From Trueperaceae bacterium (lineage in GTDB: Bacteria > Deinococcota > Deinococci > Deinococcales > Trueperaceae), in contig CBDCDZ010000004.1 in NCBI GenBank assembly GCA_965215565.1, positions 3,360,001-3,424,000 on the forward strand: a stretch of DNA of 64,000 bases, read 5' to 3'. The notes beneath the pieces are model-generated. The model was not told the DNA's origin. It made no database searches and was given only the letters and a program-made list of their open reading frames with translations. Below, in pieces: positions 12,164 through 22,637 of the stretch; within the stretch, counting starts at the first letter, position 1, and each line of letters begins with the position of its first letter. Made by a program: the position numbers and the translations under genes.

Positions 12164-13098
12164 GCCAATCCACACGAACGCAATCCGCTCCAGTCGCGCC
12201 CGCGCCGACTGCTAAGGCAACGTGGCGTGACTACGTCACGCTGACGAAACCGAAAGTCATCAGCTTGCTTCTCTTTACGACGGTCGGCGCGATGTTCGTG
12301 GCGGCGCGAGGCTTCCCTGGGCTCGTCCCGCTGCTCGGCGTGCTCGTAGGGGGGTACATGTCGGCGGGGGCGGCGGGCGTCTTCAACATGGTGTACGACA
12401 GCGACATCGACGTGCGGATGCGCCGCACCGCGAAGCGCCCCACTGTTACGTCTGTGATCTCAAACTTGCACGCGCTTCTTTTTGCTGCGGTTCTCACGCT
12501 CGGCTCGTTCGCCATTATCGCGCTCACCTCCACGGTTTTAGCGGCGCTCCTCTCCTGGGCGGGCATCGCGTTTTACGTCATTATCTACACGATGTGGCTC
12601 AAGAGGAGCACCTGGCAAAATATCGTCATCGGCGGCGCGGCGGGCGCGATTCCGCCCCTCGTTGGCTGGGCGGCGGTCACCGGCGAGCTTAGCCTCTTGG
12701 CGTGGTTTTTGTTCGGACTCGTCTTTCTCTGGACGCCCGTCCACTTCTGGGCGTTGGCGCTCATGATCAAAGACGACTACGCAGCGGTGGGCGTGCCGAT
12801 GGCTCCCGTCGTTATCGGTGAGCGGGCTACCGTGATGCAGATGGTTATGTACGCGGTACTCACTGTGGTACTCACCCTCATCCCCTTCGCGCTTCACGAG
12901 TTCAGCGTTGCGTACTTTCTTGCAGCCTTGTTACTGAATATCGTGTTACTTGTGCGTGTTGCGCGGCTCTTCGTGCTGGCGCGCAACGATGAGCCGATCG
13001 ACCGCCCTACCGCCCTAAGCCTCTACAAATATTCGATGTCGTACTTAGCTCTAATCTTCTTGACGATGGCGCTAGACCGCGCCTTCACCTCACTGTAA
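12160..13098 (+). CDS. ctaB: Heme O synthase (protoheme IX farnesyltransferase)
   Basis: LTKPKV, D.DIDVRMRRT..RP, NIVIGGAAGAIPPLVGW, WTPVHFWAL. Confidence 0.96.
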   Translation: MSQSTRTQSAPVAPAPTAKATWRDYVTLTKPKVISLLLFTTVGAMFVAARGFPGLVPLLGVLVGGYMSAGAAGVFNMVYDSDIDVRMRRTAKRPTVTSVISNLHALLFAAVLTLGSFAIIALTSTVLAALLSWAGIAFYVIIYTMWLKRSTWQNIVIGGAAGAIPPLVGWAAVTGELSLLAWFLFGLVFLWTPVHFWALALMIKDDYAAVGVPMAPVVIGERATVMQMVMYAVLTVVLTLIPFALHEFSVAYFLAALLLNIVLLVRVARLFVLARNDEPIDRPTALSLYKYSMSYLALIFLTMALDRAFTSL

Positions 13099-13103
13099 CG
13101 GGA

Positions 13104-14273
13104 GTGTTTGTGAAATATTTCAGAGTTTTACCCTTTTTATTCGCGCTGCCTTTCGCTTTCGCAGCGACGGACGAGGGACCTTACCGGTTGCCCGTCCCGA
13201 ATATTCTCAACCCGGCGTCGCCGCAAGGCGAGGAGATCGCGGGGCTATTCTGGCTCGTCGTCGGTTTTAGCATCTTTGTGATGATCATCGTCACTGCCTT
13301 TATGATCGCGGGCATCGTCGGCGGGATGCGTGACCGCGACGTGCATTCCGACAAGGAACCCCCGCAGACGCACGGCAACTTGAAGCTCGAGGTAGCCTGG
13401 ACCGTCATCCCGCTCATTATTTTAGCCGTGTTGCTCGTACCCACGCTAGCTTCTATCTACAACTTAGACGCGATCTCCGCCCCTGACGACGCAATCGAGG
13501 TGAACGTCGTCGGGCAGCAGTTCTGGTGGGAGATGGTGTATTTGGATGAAGAGGTCGTGACTGCCAATGAGTTGGTCGTCCCCGTAGGGCGCGCCGTCAA
13601 AGTCAATCTCGCCTCGGAAGACGTGATGCACTCCTTCTGGATTCCGCAGATGGCGGGCAAAGTCGACCTCATCCCCGGCAACAAGCGCACGCTCTACTTC
13701 ACGGCTGAAAAAGAGGGCGTCTACTACGGTCAATGCGCCGAGCTATGTGGTGACTCGCACGCGAACATGAGGTTGCGCGTTGTGGCGATGCCCCAGGAGG
13801 AGTACAACGCTTGGGCAGTTGCAGCGAGGCAGCCCGCAGAGGTTGCGACGCAGGTCTCTGCGCAGAGTCCATTGGTGCAAGAGGGTAGCCAGCTCTTCAT
13901 CTCGAAGGGTTGCGTCAACTGCCACGCGGTGCAGGGCGTCAACACGTATAACCGCGTCGGACCCGACCTCTCGCACATCGGCAGCCGCACGAGCATCGCA
14001 GCGGGAATGCTGGAGAACACGCCCGAGAACATGATCCGCTGGCTCCGCTACACGGACACGGTCAAGCCGGGCGTCGCCATGCCCAATTTAGGCTTGACGC
14101 AAGAGGAAGCGGAGGCGTTGACAGCGTATCTCGAGACGCTCACCTTGCCCGACGTTGACGAGCGCTCCATGATGGACCTAGAAGACGCTGCTGTACCCAA
14201 CGGTGCTCCAAACAATGCACCGAACACCGCCACTATAGACGCTAATTCTCTGACCTCGAGGGGGGATCAATGA
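13104..14273 (+). CDS. coxB: Cytochrome c oxidase subunit II with a C-terminal cytochrome c domain (caa3 type)
   Basis: CuA ligands DVMHSF and CAELCGDSHANM; heme c motif CVNCH and MP. Confidence 0.95.
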   Translation: MFVKYFRVLPFLFALPFAFAATDEGPYRLPVPNILNPASPQGEEIAGLFWLVVGFSIFVMIIVTAFMIAGIVGGMRDRDVHSDKEPPQTHGNLKLEVAWTVIPLIILAVLLVPTLASIYNLDAISAPDDAIEVNVVGQQFWWEMVYLDEEVVTANELVVPVGRAVKVNLASEDVMHSFWIPQMAGKVDLIPGNKRTLYFTAEKEGVYYGQCAELCGDSHANMRLRVVAMPQEEYNAWAVAARQPAEVATQVSAQSPLVQEGSQLFISKGCVNCHAVQGVNTYNRVGPDLSHIGSRTSIAAGMLENTPENMIRWLRYTDTVKPGVAMPNLGLTQEEAEALTAYLETLTLPDVDERSMMDLEDAAVPNGAPNNAPNTATIDANSLTSRGDQ

Positions 14274-17035
14274 GCAGTATTTCCGCAGGGCAGAGCGCGC
14301 AGGAGAGCCGCTCTAAACCCGTCTGGCTAGACCTCTTAACCACCGTTGACCACAAGAAGATCGGGCTCATGTATCTCGTCACTTCTTTTGTCTTCTTCGG
14401 CATCGGCGGCATCGAAGCGCTCCTCATCCGCCTGCAGCTCTCGCGCCCGAACATGGACGTGTTGGTCGGCGAATTTTACAATCAGATTTTGACCGCGCAC
14501 GGCACGACGATGCAGTTCTTGTTCATTATCCCTATCGCGGCGGCCTTCGGCAACTACTTCATCCCGCTGATGATCGGCGCGCGTGATATGGCGCTGCCAC
14601 GCATGAACGCCTTCGGCTACTGGCTCTACCTCTTCGGCGGTTTGCTCATCTATTCCGCACCACTTTTTGGCGGCTTCTCCGAGGGTGGCTGGGTCTCGTA
14701 CTTCCCGTTCTCGAGTTCGGATTATCAGGTCGGCGCAGGGATGGACACCTGGATTCTAGGCCTGCAGCTCGTCGGCTTCTCCTCTATATTCGCGGGCATC
14801 AACTTCATCGTCACGATTGTGAACCTCCGCACGCCGGGCATGGGCTGGCGGCAACTGCCGATGTTCGGCTGGACGATTCTCGCCACCTCGTTCTTGCAGG
14901 TCTTGGCGACGCCCGGCATCACCGCCGCAACGATGATGACCTTTTTAGACCGCACCATCGGTATCAGCTTGTTCAACCCTGCTATCGGCGGCGATCCCGT
15001 CTTATATCAGCACCTCTTCTGGTTCTACTCGCACCCGGCTGTCTACATCATGGTGCTGCCCTGGTTCGGCATCGTCTCAGAAATCTTGCCGACCTTCACG
15101 CGCAAGCCGATTTTCGGCTACACCGCGTTGGCGGGCGCGACGATGGGCATCGCTCTAGTTAGCTACCTCGTGTGGGCGCACCACATGTTCACCTCGATGG
15201 GCAGCCCCTTGATGAACTCGGTTTTCGCCTTTACCACGATGCTCGTGGCTGTTCCCACCGGCGTTAAAATCTTCAACTGGCTCGCCACGATTTGGAAGGG
15301 TAAGATCGTCTTCAACACCGCGATGCTCATGTCGCTGGGCTTCATCTTCCTCTTCACGGTGGGCGGCATCTCGGGTGTGGCGCTCGCCATCGTGCCCTTC
15401 ACCTGGCAGATGCACGACTCCTACTTCGTCGTCGCGCACTTCCACAACATCTTGATCGGCGGCTCCATCTTCATCGTGATGGCGGCGGTTTTCTACTGGT
15501 TCCCTAAGATGACGGGTAAGTTTCTAGACGAGCGCATGGGCAAGTGGCTCTTCGGGCTCTGGTTCGTGGGTTTCATGGTGACCTACTTCCCGCAGTACAT
15601 TCTGGGTCTTTTAGGGATGCCGCGCCGCATCTACACCTACGCGGAGGGCATCGGCTGGGAGATTTGGAACGGACTCTCGTCCTTGGGCTCGCTCATGTTA
15701 GCGGCTGGCTTCTTGCTCTTCATTTACAACGTCGTCGTGAGCTTGCGCGGACCTAAAACTGCTGGGCCTAACCCCTGGAAGTACGGCTACACGCTCGAGT
15801 GGGCTACTACCAGCCCCCCCGCCGAATACAACTTCGGCGTCGAACTCCCAACCGAATTTCGCAGTGAACGCCCCTTATACGACTGGCAGAAGATGGGCTT
15901 ATGGCCTGTCGGTGAAGAGGCAACCTTACGCCCCTCGGACATCCACCTGCCGAACCCGAGCATTTGGCCCTTCATCACCTCAGTAGGTCTGACGGTCTTT
16001 TTAGCCGGCTTGGTCATGCAAGGACCGCTCTGGATTGCGGGTCTCGGCATGTCGCTCTTCGCAATGGTGCTGTGGGCGCGAGAGCAAGCCTTTGAGAGCG
16101 AAGAGGTCGAGCTAGAGGTCGAGCATCATAACCGCACCAAAATGGGCAACGGCATGATGGCGACGTACTGGTTTTTGGGCTCGGAAGCCGCGCTCTTCGC
16201 GATGGTCTTCTCCGCGTACTTCTACCTCTACTTCACGGGGCGCTTCGCCTTCCCCGAGGAGTTGCCCTCGGTGACGCTGGCGCTGCTGAACACGCTCTTC
16301 TTGGTCTCGAGTTCGATCACCGTCCACGTCGCGCACCACGACCTCATGCACGACAAGCGCAAGACTTTTTTGGGACTCCTGGGCGCGACGCTAGGTTTCG
16401 GTGCGATCTTCTTGGGCATCACGGGCATCGAGTGGGCTGAGATACTCTCCCACATCGATCCGCGCGAGAACCTCTATTACTCCACCTTTTTCGCCATCAC
16501 GGGTTTGCACATGCTCCACGTCGTCATCGGGCTCTTCATGCTAGCTGTCGCCTTTGTAAGAGGAATGCGCGGCGCGTACTCGCCCAAAATTCACGCGGGC
16601 GTCTCTGCGCCCGTCGCGTATTGGCATATGGTCGATGTCGTTTGGATTTTCGTCCTTCTGTTCGTCTACGTCTTGCCGATCTTCTACAAAGGACCGAGCG
16701 AAGTCGTCAACGTGACCGACCCCTTCGCGGTTTACATGGAGGATTCCTTCGTACCCGATGAGCCGGGCGCAACTGAGATGGGTATTCCCGTCATTCCCGA
16801 CTCCACGATAGAGGGTGCAGGCGGTCCCGGCAAGCCCGCGCAGACCTCGCCGGGACGCCCCGAAGTTGTCACGCCCGGACCCGAGGTCGAGTCGGTCGAG
16901 CCGACTAACGAATCCGCCCCTGCTGAAACCGCGCCGCCCGCCACTGGAGAAACGGCAGCACCGACCGTCGAGGAGCCCGTCCCCAACTCCGAGCAGAACA
17001 TCCAAGAAGAACCGCAGGGCGCACCGGGCAACTAG
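14270..17035 (+). CDS. coxA: Cytochrome c oxidase fused subunit I/III (A2 type) with an acidic Pro-rich tail
   Basis: DHKKIG, WFYSHPAVY, WAHHMF, HFH; subunit III motifs SE..LF, TGLH..HV, YWH.VD.VW. Confidence 0.95.
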   Translation: MSSISAGQSAQESRSKPVWLDLLTTVDHKKIGLMYLVTSFVFFGIGGIEALLIRLQLSRPNMDVLVGEFYNQILTAHGTTMQFLFIIPIAAAFGNYFIPLMIGARDMALPRMNAFGYWLYLFGGLLIYSAPLFGGFSEGGWVSYFPFSSSDYQVGAGMDTWILGLQLVGFSSIFAGINFIVTIVNLRTPGMGWRQLPMFGWTILATSFLQVLATPGITAATMMTFLDRTIGISLFNPAIGGDPVLYQHLFWFYSHPAVYIMVLPWFGIVSEILPTFTRKPIFGYTALAGATMGIALVSYLVWAHHMFTSMGSPLMNSVFAFTTMLVAVPTGVKIFNWLATIWKGKIVFNTAMLMSLGFIFLFTVGGISGVALAIVPFTWQMHDSYFVVAHFHNILIGGSIFIVMAAVFYWFPKMTGKFLDERMGKWLFGLWFVGFMVTYFPQYILGLLGMPRRIYTYAEGIGWEIWNGLSSLGSLMLAAGFLLFIYNVVVSLRGPKTAGPNPWKYGYTLEWATTSPPAEYNFGVELPTEFRSERPLYDWQKMGLWPVGEEATLRPSDIHLPNPSIWPFITSVGLTVFLAGLVMQGPLWIAGLGMSLFAMVLWAREQAFESEEVELEVEHHNRTKMGNGMMATYWFLGSEAALFAMVFSAYFYLYFTGRFAFPEELPSVTLALLNTLFLVSSSITVHVAHHDLMHDKRKTFLGLLGATLGFGAIFLGITGIEWAEILSHIDPRENLYYSTFFAITGLHMLHVVIGLFMLAVAFVRGMRGAYSPKIHAGVSAPVAYWHMVDVVWIFVLLFVYVLPIFYKGPSEVVNVTDPFAVYMEDSFVPDEPGATEMGIPVIPDSTIEGAGGPGKPAQTSPGRPEVVTPGPEVESVEPTNESAPAETAPPATGETAAPTVEEPVPNSEQNIQEEPQGAPGN

Positions 17036-17061
17036 TCGCTCGTCGTTAGAGTGACATTCAC

Positions 17062-17105
17062 GAGAGGGCTGCACGGAACTAAATCCTGTGCAGCCCTCTC
17101 TTTTT
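17062..17105 (+). terminator. Intrinsic terminator between coxAC and SURF1
   Basis: GAGAGGGCTGCAC...GTGCAGCCCTCTC then TTTTT, directly followed by AGGAG. Confidence 0.8.
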
Positions 17106-17112
17106 AGGAGCT

Positions 17113-17913
17113 ATGGAACGCTACAGACAACTCTTCACACCGCGCTGGCTAGCTGGGCATGTACTCGCCCTCACGCTCATCGCGCTTTTTGTTACTCTGG
17201 GCTTGTGGCAGCTTAGACGCTTGGACCAGCGTCAAACCTATAACGCCCTCTTGGAGTCTCGTTTAGAAGCTGCGCCGCAACCTTTTGACCGCTTGAAAGA
17301 CGAGTATGACCTCACCGCACCCGAAGCGGCAGAAGACGCCGCTGCGTACCGCCGCACTGAGGTAACGGGGCGCTTCGACGCGGAGAACGAGGTGTTGCTG
17401 CGCTCGAGAGCCCTGGACGGACAGCCCGGCTACCACGTCCTCACGCCGCTCATCTTAGAGGACGACCGCGCCCTCTTAGTGGATAGAGGCTGGGTCCCCT
17501 TCGACCTCGACGAGCCGCCTATTGCTCAAGCTGCGCCGCCGCCCGGAGAGGTCAGCGTGTCGGGCGTTCTCTTCCCGGTGCAGAAGCAGCCGACGGGTTT
17601 CGGCCCGAAAGACCCCGCTGAGGGCGAACTCGACGCGGTTTTCTTCGTGAACACGGAGCGAATAGAGCAGCAGCTACCCTACAGCTTAGAGCCCATCTAC
17701 TTAGAGCTGAACCAGCAGACGCCGCTACAATCCTCGCAGCTCCCCGTTCCCCCTACGCCCCCCGAACTCACCGAAGGCTCGCACTTAGGCTACGCCTTGC
17801 AGTGGTTCTCGTTCGCCGCCATCGGCGTTATCGGCTACGGCTTCCTGATGCGCAGCGTCCTCACGGACAAAGAGGACGACGAGGAGATCGTCTCCACGGC
17901 GCAAGCAAGCTGA
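17113..17913 (+). CDS. SURF1 family cytochrome oxidase assembly protein
   Basis: LGLWQLRR, LLVDRGWVP, HLGYALQWF. Confidence 0.93.
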   Translation: MERYRQLFTPRWLAGHVLALTLIALFVTLGLWQLRRLDQRQTYNALLESRLEAAPQPFDRLKDEYDLTAPEAAEDAAAYRRTEVTGRFDAENEVLLRSRALDGQPGYHVLTPLILEDDRALLVDRGWVPFDLDEPPIAQAAPPPGEVSVSGVLFPVQKQPTGFGPKDPAEGELDAVFFVNTERIEQQLPYSLEPIYLELNQQTPLQSSQLPVPPTPPELTEGSHLGYALQWFSFAAIGVIGYGFLMRSVLTDKEDDEEIVSTAQAS

Positions 17914-18075
17914 CGCTACGGTTTTAACGTGAGATTTTTCATATAAAGGGTGTTGGGGGAAGCGAGCCACCTTACAAAATAGCGAGACATAGATTCCTGA
18001 GCAGAAGTTGCTGAGTTAGGGGGAGTATGTCTGGATGAGGCTCGAGACCCGACACACATTCAACAGGGGGAAAGC

Positions 18076-18936
18076 ATGAGCGACGACCAACACAAGTCAC
18101 CACCCGCCCAAGACCAATCCTTACCCGGCAGCGAACAGGAGATGACGCCGCAGCCGCAGACGACGCAACCCGAGCGTCAGGGCAGTGGCAAGCTAGACGG
18201 CAAAGTCGCGCTGATTACAGGCGGCGACAGCGGTATCGGGCGCTCGGTAGCGGTACTTTTCGCGAGAGAGGGTGCGGACGTCGCCATCGTATACCTCTCG
18301 GAGGACGAGGACGCGAGTGACACCAAAGACCTCGTCGAAGCTGAAGGGAAGCGCTGCCTCACCATCAAGGGCGACATAGGCGACGAAAGTTTTGCGCAGC
18401 AAGCCGTTCAGCAAACCGTAGATGAGTACGGCGAGCTGAATATTTTGGTGAATAACGCCGGCGAGCAGCACATGCAAGAGAGCCTTACCGACATCAGCAA
18501 GGAGCAGTTGGAGCGCACCTTTCGCACGAACATCTTCGGGATGTTCTTCACCACCAAAGCTGCCTTGCAGCACCTCGGTGAAGGCGACGCCATCGTCAAC
18601 TCCTGCTCGGTCACAGCCTTTCAGGGCAACCCGACACTCATCGACTACTCCTCGACGAAGGGAGCTATCGTCTCGTTCACCCGCGCTTTGTCGCAGAACC
18701 TCGCCTCGAAGAACATCCGCGTCAATTCTGTCGCGCCCGGTCCCGTCTGGACGCCTCTCATTCCCGCGACCTTTCCACCCGAACAGGTCGAAGGTTTTGG
18801 TACGCAAGTGCCGCTAGGACGCCCCGGTCAACCTGAAGAGATCGCGCCCTGCTACGTGTTCTTAGCCTCGAGCGACGCCTCGTTCATCACCGGGCAAACG
18901 CTGCACCCCAACGGCGGCACCGTCATAGGCGGCTAA
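18076..18936 (+). CDS. SDR family oxidoreductase (YghA/YdaD-like general stress type)
   Basis: TGGDSGIG, NNAG, YSSTK, PGPVWTP. Confidence 0.92.
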   Translation: MSDDQHKSPPAQDQSLPGSEQEMTPQPQTTQPERQGSGKLDGKVALITGGDSGIGRSVAVLFAREGADVAIVYLSEDEDASDTKDLVEAEGKRCLTIKGDIGDESFAQQAVQQTVDEYGELNILVNNAGEQHMQESLTDISKEQLERTFRTNIFGMFFTTKAALQHLGEGDAIVNSCSVTAFQGNPTLIDYSSTKGAIVSFTRALSQNLASKNIRVNSVAPGPVWTPLIPATFPPEQVEGFGTQVPLGRPGQPEEIAPCYVFLASSDASFITGQTLHPNGGTVIGG

Positions 18937-18937
18937 A

Positions 18938-19168
18938 ATGCCCTACGACAAGCGGAGCGAGCTGCCCGACTCTGTAACGGACAACTTGCCCAAACACGCT
19001 CAGGAAATTTACCAATCGGCGTACAACAGTGCCTGGGAGCAGTACGAGGACCCCGAGGACCGCCGGGACGACGCCTCGCGCGAAGAGGTGTCGCACAGGG
19101 TGGCGTGGTCGGCGGTGGAGCAGAAGTACGAGAAGAATAGTGAGGGGGAGTGGGTGGAGAAGTCGTAG
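18938..19168 (+). CDS. chaB: ChaB family protein
   Basis: MPY....ELP..V...LP.HAQEIY..A.N.AW...AHRVAWSAV pattern. Confidence 0.9.
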   Translation: MPYDKRSELPDSVTDNLPKHAQEIYQSAYNSAWEQYEDPEDRRDDASREEVSHRVAWSAVEQKYEKNSEGEWVEKS

Positions 19169-19186
19169 CCTAGTCTACCTCTCGAG

Positions 19187-19215
19187 AAGGGCGCTTACGG
19201 GCGTCCTTTTCTTTT
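19187..19215 (+). terminator. Intrinsic terminator after chaB
   Basis: AAGGGCGC-ttacgg-GCGTCCTT followed by TTCTTTT. Confidence 0.7.
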
Positions 19216-19246
19216 GAAGCCTTGTTTCTCAACCTGCCTGTAATGA

Positions 19247-21793
19247 ATGTTAGCATGTGCTGTGGCAGAAAAAGACCCAAAAGATTTTGTATCTGATTCC
19301 TTGTCAGAGCTTGATGAACATGATCAAGAACCTGTTAAAGTGCAACTTTCTAACGAACTTGTTCATCTTCTTTCAGATCAACTTTATCAATCGCCTCTCA
19401 AAGCGATTGAGGAGTTGGTGGTCAATTCTTACGATGCAGATGCGAAAGAGTGCCGTGTTTACGTTCCAACTCCCGACAAAATGGAAGCGGAGCAAGCAGA
19501 CCAAATCCTTGTTTTCGATGATGGCGTAGGTATGTCCTACGAAGGTTTAGTCAACCTTTGGCATATTGGGCGTAGTAGCAAGCGAGACGAGGAGATACAA
19601 AAGCGTAGAAACCGGAAGCAAATCGGTAAGTTTGGTATCGGCAAATTAGCAACAAGAACAATAGCTAAAAGGCTGACTTATATCAGTAAGGCTGAAAGTG
19701 AAATTTTAGCTGTCACTGTTAATTTCGAAGACTTTAGAGAATCTCCAACGGGGGCTGCGCAGGAGGTAGAGGTTCCAGTTCATGTCATCAACAGTTATTC
19801 GAAATTTTTCTCTGATGCGAATCTCAATGACCTTATCTCTCTCGCTGGAGTTGAAAGCCAAAAATTTGAAGAAGAGCATTGGACTCTTGCTATCCTCGAG
19901 GATTTAACTGATAAGGCAAGGGAAATAAAGCACGGTAGACTCTCGTGGGTCTTGAGAACGGCTATGCCTCTCAGAACCGAATTTCAGCTCTACCTCAACG
20001 GTGATCAGGTTGAAAGCTCGAAAGAGGATTACAAGGAGATAGTTTCCTTCAAACTTGCAGAGCTTCCTCAGAGTAGACTGGACGAACTACAAAAAGAGAC
20101 TGGCGAGAAGTGGCGTGTAGAAAATGATGCGCTGAAATCTTCTTCTTTCGAGTCTGGTATCAGCGGTCAAGTAGTAGTAACTGAACAAAAACTGGTAGGT
20201 AAGAGTGACGATATTGGTAGAAGTCACGGCTTCTTCGTTAGGGCTGTAAATCGCCTTATCAATTATGACGATCCTCTCTTCGGCTTGACTGCACTTCAAT
20301 TCGGAGTTTTCAATAGATTTCGTGCTGATATTTACGTTGATGACTTAAACAAAGTTCTAAAAGCTTCTAGGGAAACGATTGAAGAGTCCAAGCTTAAAGA
20401 CCGGTTCCAGAAATTACTTAGAATTGTTTGGAGAGAGGCTGAACAGCGATACAACAAGTATCAGCGCGAGCAAGAGGGTGAGGGCTCACAGCGGGAGGGA
20501 AAAAAGAATTTTGTTCCTCAGCTTTTGGTTGAGCAACCTATTGCAGATGCTTTAACGACTCAAAGATATAAGCCGGGCGGTGCTGAAGCAGACGATAGTT
20601 GGTTTTACTTTGACAAACCACAAGAAGCTGAAGCGGCATTGCTCGCTCAAAAGTATTACACAGAAGAGCGAAAGCTCTACAAGCATGAGTACAGAAGTTT
20701 ACACGATTACAGAAGTTTAGGTGAAACCGCCAGGCTTGTGAAATTCGAACCAAGCACTTCTACTTTTCTGCTCAACGAAAATCACGAACTGGTGCAAGAG
20801 TACCGAAGTGATGATCGAGCGAAGAGTTTACTGGAAGATGTTGCAACGGCCGAAGCGTTGTTAGAGGTGTATCTATATGAAGCGGAAGTACCTGATGAAA
20901 CTATCGGGGAAGTTCTTGAACGCCGCGACAAGCTGCTTCGAAGTCTGGCAAAGGACCGTTCTTTTTCGTTAGAAACAATTAGTAGAACACTGCGAGATGC
21001 AACAGCAGATGAGCATGAACTCGAAACTTCCCTAGTCGTTGTTGCAAGAGCGTTAGGTTTCGTTGCGAATCAGATTTCTGGACCAAAGGAGCCTGATGGA
21101 ATTGCAAAGTTTACCGATTATCCCGAAGGGACGAAAACTATTATTTTAGAGGCAAAGTCATCCACCAAAGTTCCTTCACTTGCCGCTATAGATTTTGCTG
21201 GTTTAGATGAGCATAGGAAACGGCATAATGCTGATGGTTGTTTACTGGTGGCTCCTTCTTATCCTAATCTCAGCAACGATGATAGCGCGGCCAGTTTCCG
21301 CGCTAACGAGGCTAGGATATCTTGTTGGACAGTTTCTCAGTTAGCGGATTTTGTTGAAGCTGCGGAATCTCGGCATTTCACAGCGCAACAGCTTTTGGAT
21401 ATTGTTCTCAACAAATTTAGACCTGCTGAAGTAGAAGAAGCGGTAAAGCAACTTCTTGAAGAACCAGTCTGGAGTCAACGTGATTTATACGTCGCCGTTC
21501 TCGATGCGCTTAGAAAGCTGGAAGGGCGTTTGCCTGACCGACCTCGGACTATTGAAATGGTAGCGACAATAGTAACTAGTGATCCCGTGTATGAAAATGT
21601 CAGAACGGCCGACGTATCACAGGCTCTTCGAAATTTATCTAGCGCTAGTCAAGGTGGCATGACCGTTACTGATAACGAAAGAATTGTGTTGCATTTAAGC
21701 TATGATGAGCTGGAGCGAAGAGTGAACGGTATCACAAAGCAATCAACAACTCCGCGCCGAATCAGCAGTTTTCGTGACAATGAAGAATCCTAA
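19247..21793 (+). CDS. GHKL (MORC/Hsp90-like) ATPase fused to a C-terminal PD-(D/E)xK nuclease-like domain
   Basis: EELVVNSYDA, DDGVGM, GKFGIGK; C-terminal ALGF...EPDG...ILEAKS. AT-rich. The start may be GTG 19262. Confidence 0.8.
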   Translation: MLACAVAEKDPKDFVSDSLSELDEHDQEPVKVQLSNELVHLLSDQLYQSPLKAIEELVVNSYDADAKECRVYVPTPDKMEAEQADQILVFDDGVGMSYEGLVNLWHIGRSSKRDEEIQKRRNRKQIGKFGIGKLATRTIAKRLTYISKAESEILAVTVNFEDFRESPTGAAQEVEVPVHVINSYSKFFSDANLNDLISLAGVESQKFEEEHWTLAILEDLTDKAREIKHGRLSWVLRTAMPLRTEFQLYLNGDQVESSKEDYKEIVSFKLAELPQSRLDELQKETGEKWRVENDALKSSSFESGISGQVVVTEQKLVGKSDDIGRSHGFFVRAVNRLINYDDPLFGLTALQFGVFNRFRADIYVDDLNKVLKASRETIEESKLKDRFQKLLRIVWREAEQRYNKYQREQEGEGSQREGKKNFVPQLLVEQPIADALTTQRYKPGGAEADDSWFYFDKPQEAEAALLAQKYYTEERKLYKHEYRSLHDYRSLGETARLVKFEPSTSTFLLNENHELVQEYRSDDRAKSLLEDVATAEALLEVYLYEAEVPDETIGEVLERRDKLLRSLAKDRSFSLETISRTLRDATADEHELETSLVVVARALGFVANQISGPKEPDGIAKFTDYPEGTKTIILEAKSSTKVPSLAAIDFAGLDEHRKRHNADGCLLVAPSYPNLSNDDSAASFRANEARISCWTVSQLADFVEAAESRHFTAQQLLDIVLNKFRPAEVEEAVKQLLEEPVWSQRDLYVAVLDALRKLEGRLPDRPRTIEMVATIVTSDPVYENVRTADVSQALRNLSSASQGGMTVTDNERIVLHLSYDELERRVNGITKQSTTPRRISSFRDNEES

Positions 21794-22637
21794 ATACGAC
21801 TTGCTCAACGATGTTACGACCGGTGACGTACTCGAGACTCTTGAAAAAATTGAAAAAGACACTGTGGATATCACAGTTACTTCACCCCCGTACAACAAAC
21901 GTCCGCGCCCTCGCGGATGGCTTGTTCAAAACTCGGGTTATGCTCACCATAACGATCATATGCCTGAAGGTGAGTATCAAGAATGGCAAATAAAGGTTCT
22001 CAATGAGCTGCTCCGAGTGACTAAGCCGGGAGGATCGCTTTTTTACAATCACAAAATCCGCTGGGAAGATGGGAATCTGCTTCATCCTTTTAGTTGGATT
22101 ATGAGATCAAAATGGTGTATTAGGCAGGAAATTATTTGGGACCGTACAACTGTAGCAAATATGCGAGGTTGGCGCTTTTGGCAAGTAGATGAGCGTATCT
22201 ACTGGCTCTATAAACCTTTGAACGGTCATCTTGTAGGCAAAGAATTACAGTCCAAACACGCCAAGGCTACCTCGATATGGCGTATTAAGCCTGTTCCTAG
22301 AATGGACGAGCATCCGGCACCCTTCCCTTTGACTATACCTGCACGCGCAATAGCTTCAATGCCCACTGAGGGCAAGATAACTGTGCTTGATCCCTTTTGT
22401 GGCACAGGTACAACGCTTGTTGCTGCAAAATTGCTTGACCACAACTATATTGGTGTAGATAACTCTGCTTCCTACGTTGAATTTGCCAAAGATAGGCTCG
22501 AATGCGCCGAGAGTGAAAGAGCAGTTATCAAAGGAGAAATAAGAAAACATGTGATTAAAGAGTCTTTCAAAGAGCGTAAGAAGAATGGTAAAGAAAGTTG
22601 GCCTTATAAACGGAAAACAGAGGAAGCCTCTAACTAA
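21780..22637 (+). CDS. Site-specific DNA methyltransferase, beta class (N4-C/N6-A)
   Basis: TSPPYN (motif IV) precedes HPAPFP and LDPFCGTGT (motif I); overlaps the upstream stop codon. Confidence 0.93.
   Translation: MKNPKYDLLNDVTTGDVLETLEKIEKDTVDITVTSPPYNKRPRPRGWLVQNSGYAHHNDHMPEGEYQEWQIKVLNELLRVTKPGGSLFYNHKIRWEDGNLLHPFSWIMRSKWCIRQEIIWDRTTVANMRGWRFWQVDERIYWLYKPLNGHLVGKELQSKHAKATSIWRIKPVPRMDEHPAPFPLTIPARAIASMPTEGKITVLDPFCGTGTTLVAAKLLDHNYIGVDNSASYVEFAKDRLECAESERAVIKGEIRKHVIKESFKERKKNGKESWPYKRKTEEASN

Noticed and set aside
20690..20719. TACAGAAGTTTA duplicated (YRSL-HD-YRSL) in the GHKL gene
   Set aside because: A single small in-frame duplication; no evidence of phase variation.
21780..22637. 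Island MTase as the enzyme maintaining CTCGAG
   Set aside because: Specificity cannot be read from the sequence, and the gene looks recently acquired whereas the motif is spread throughout the window.
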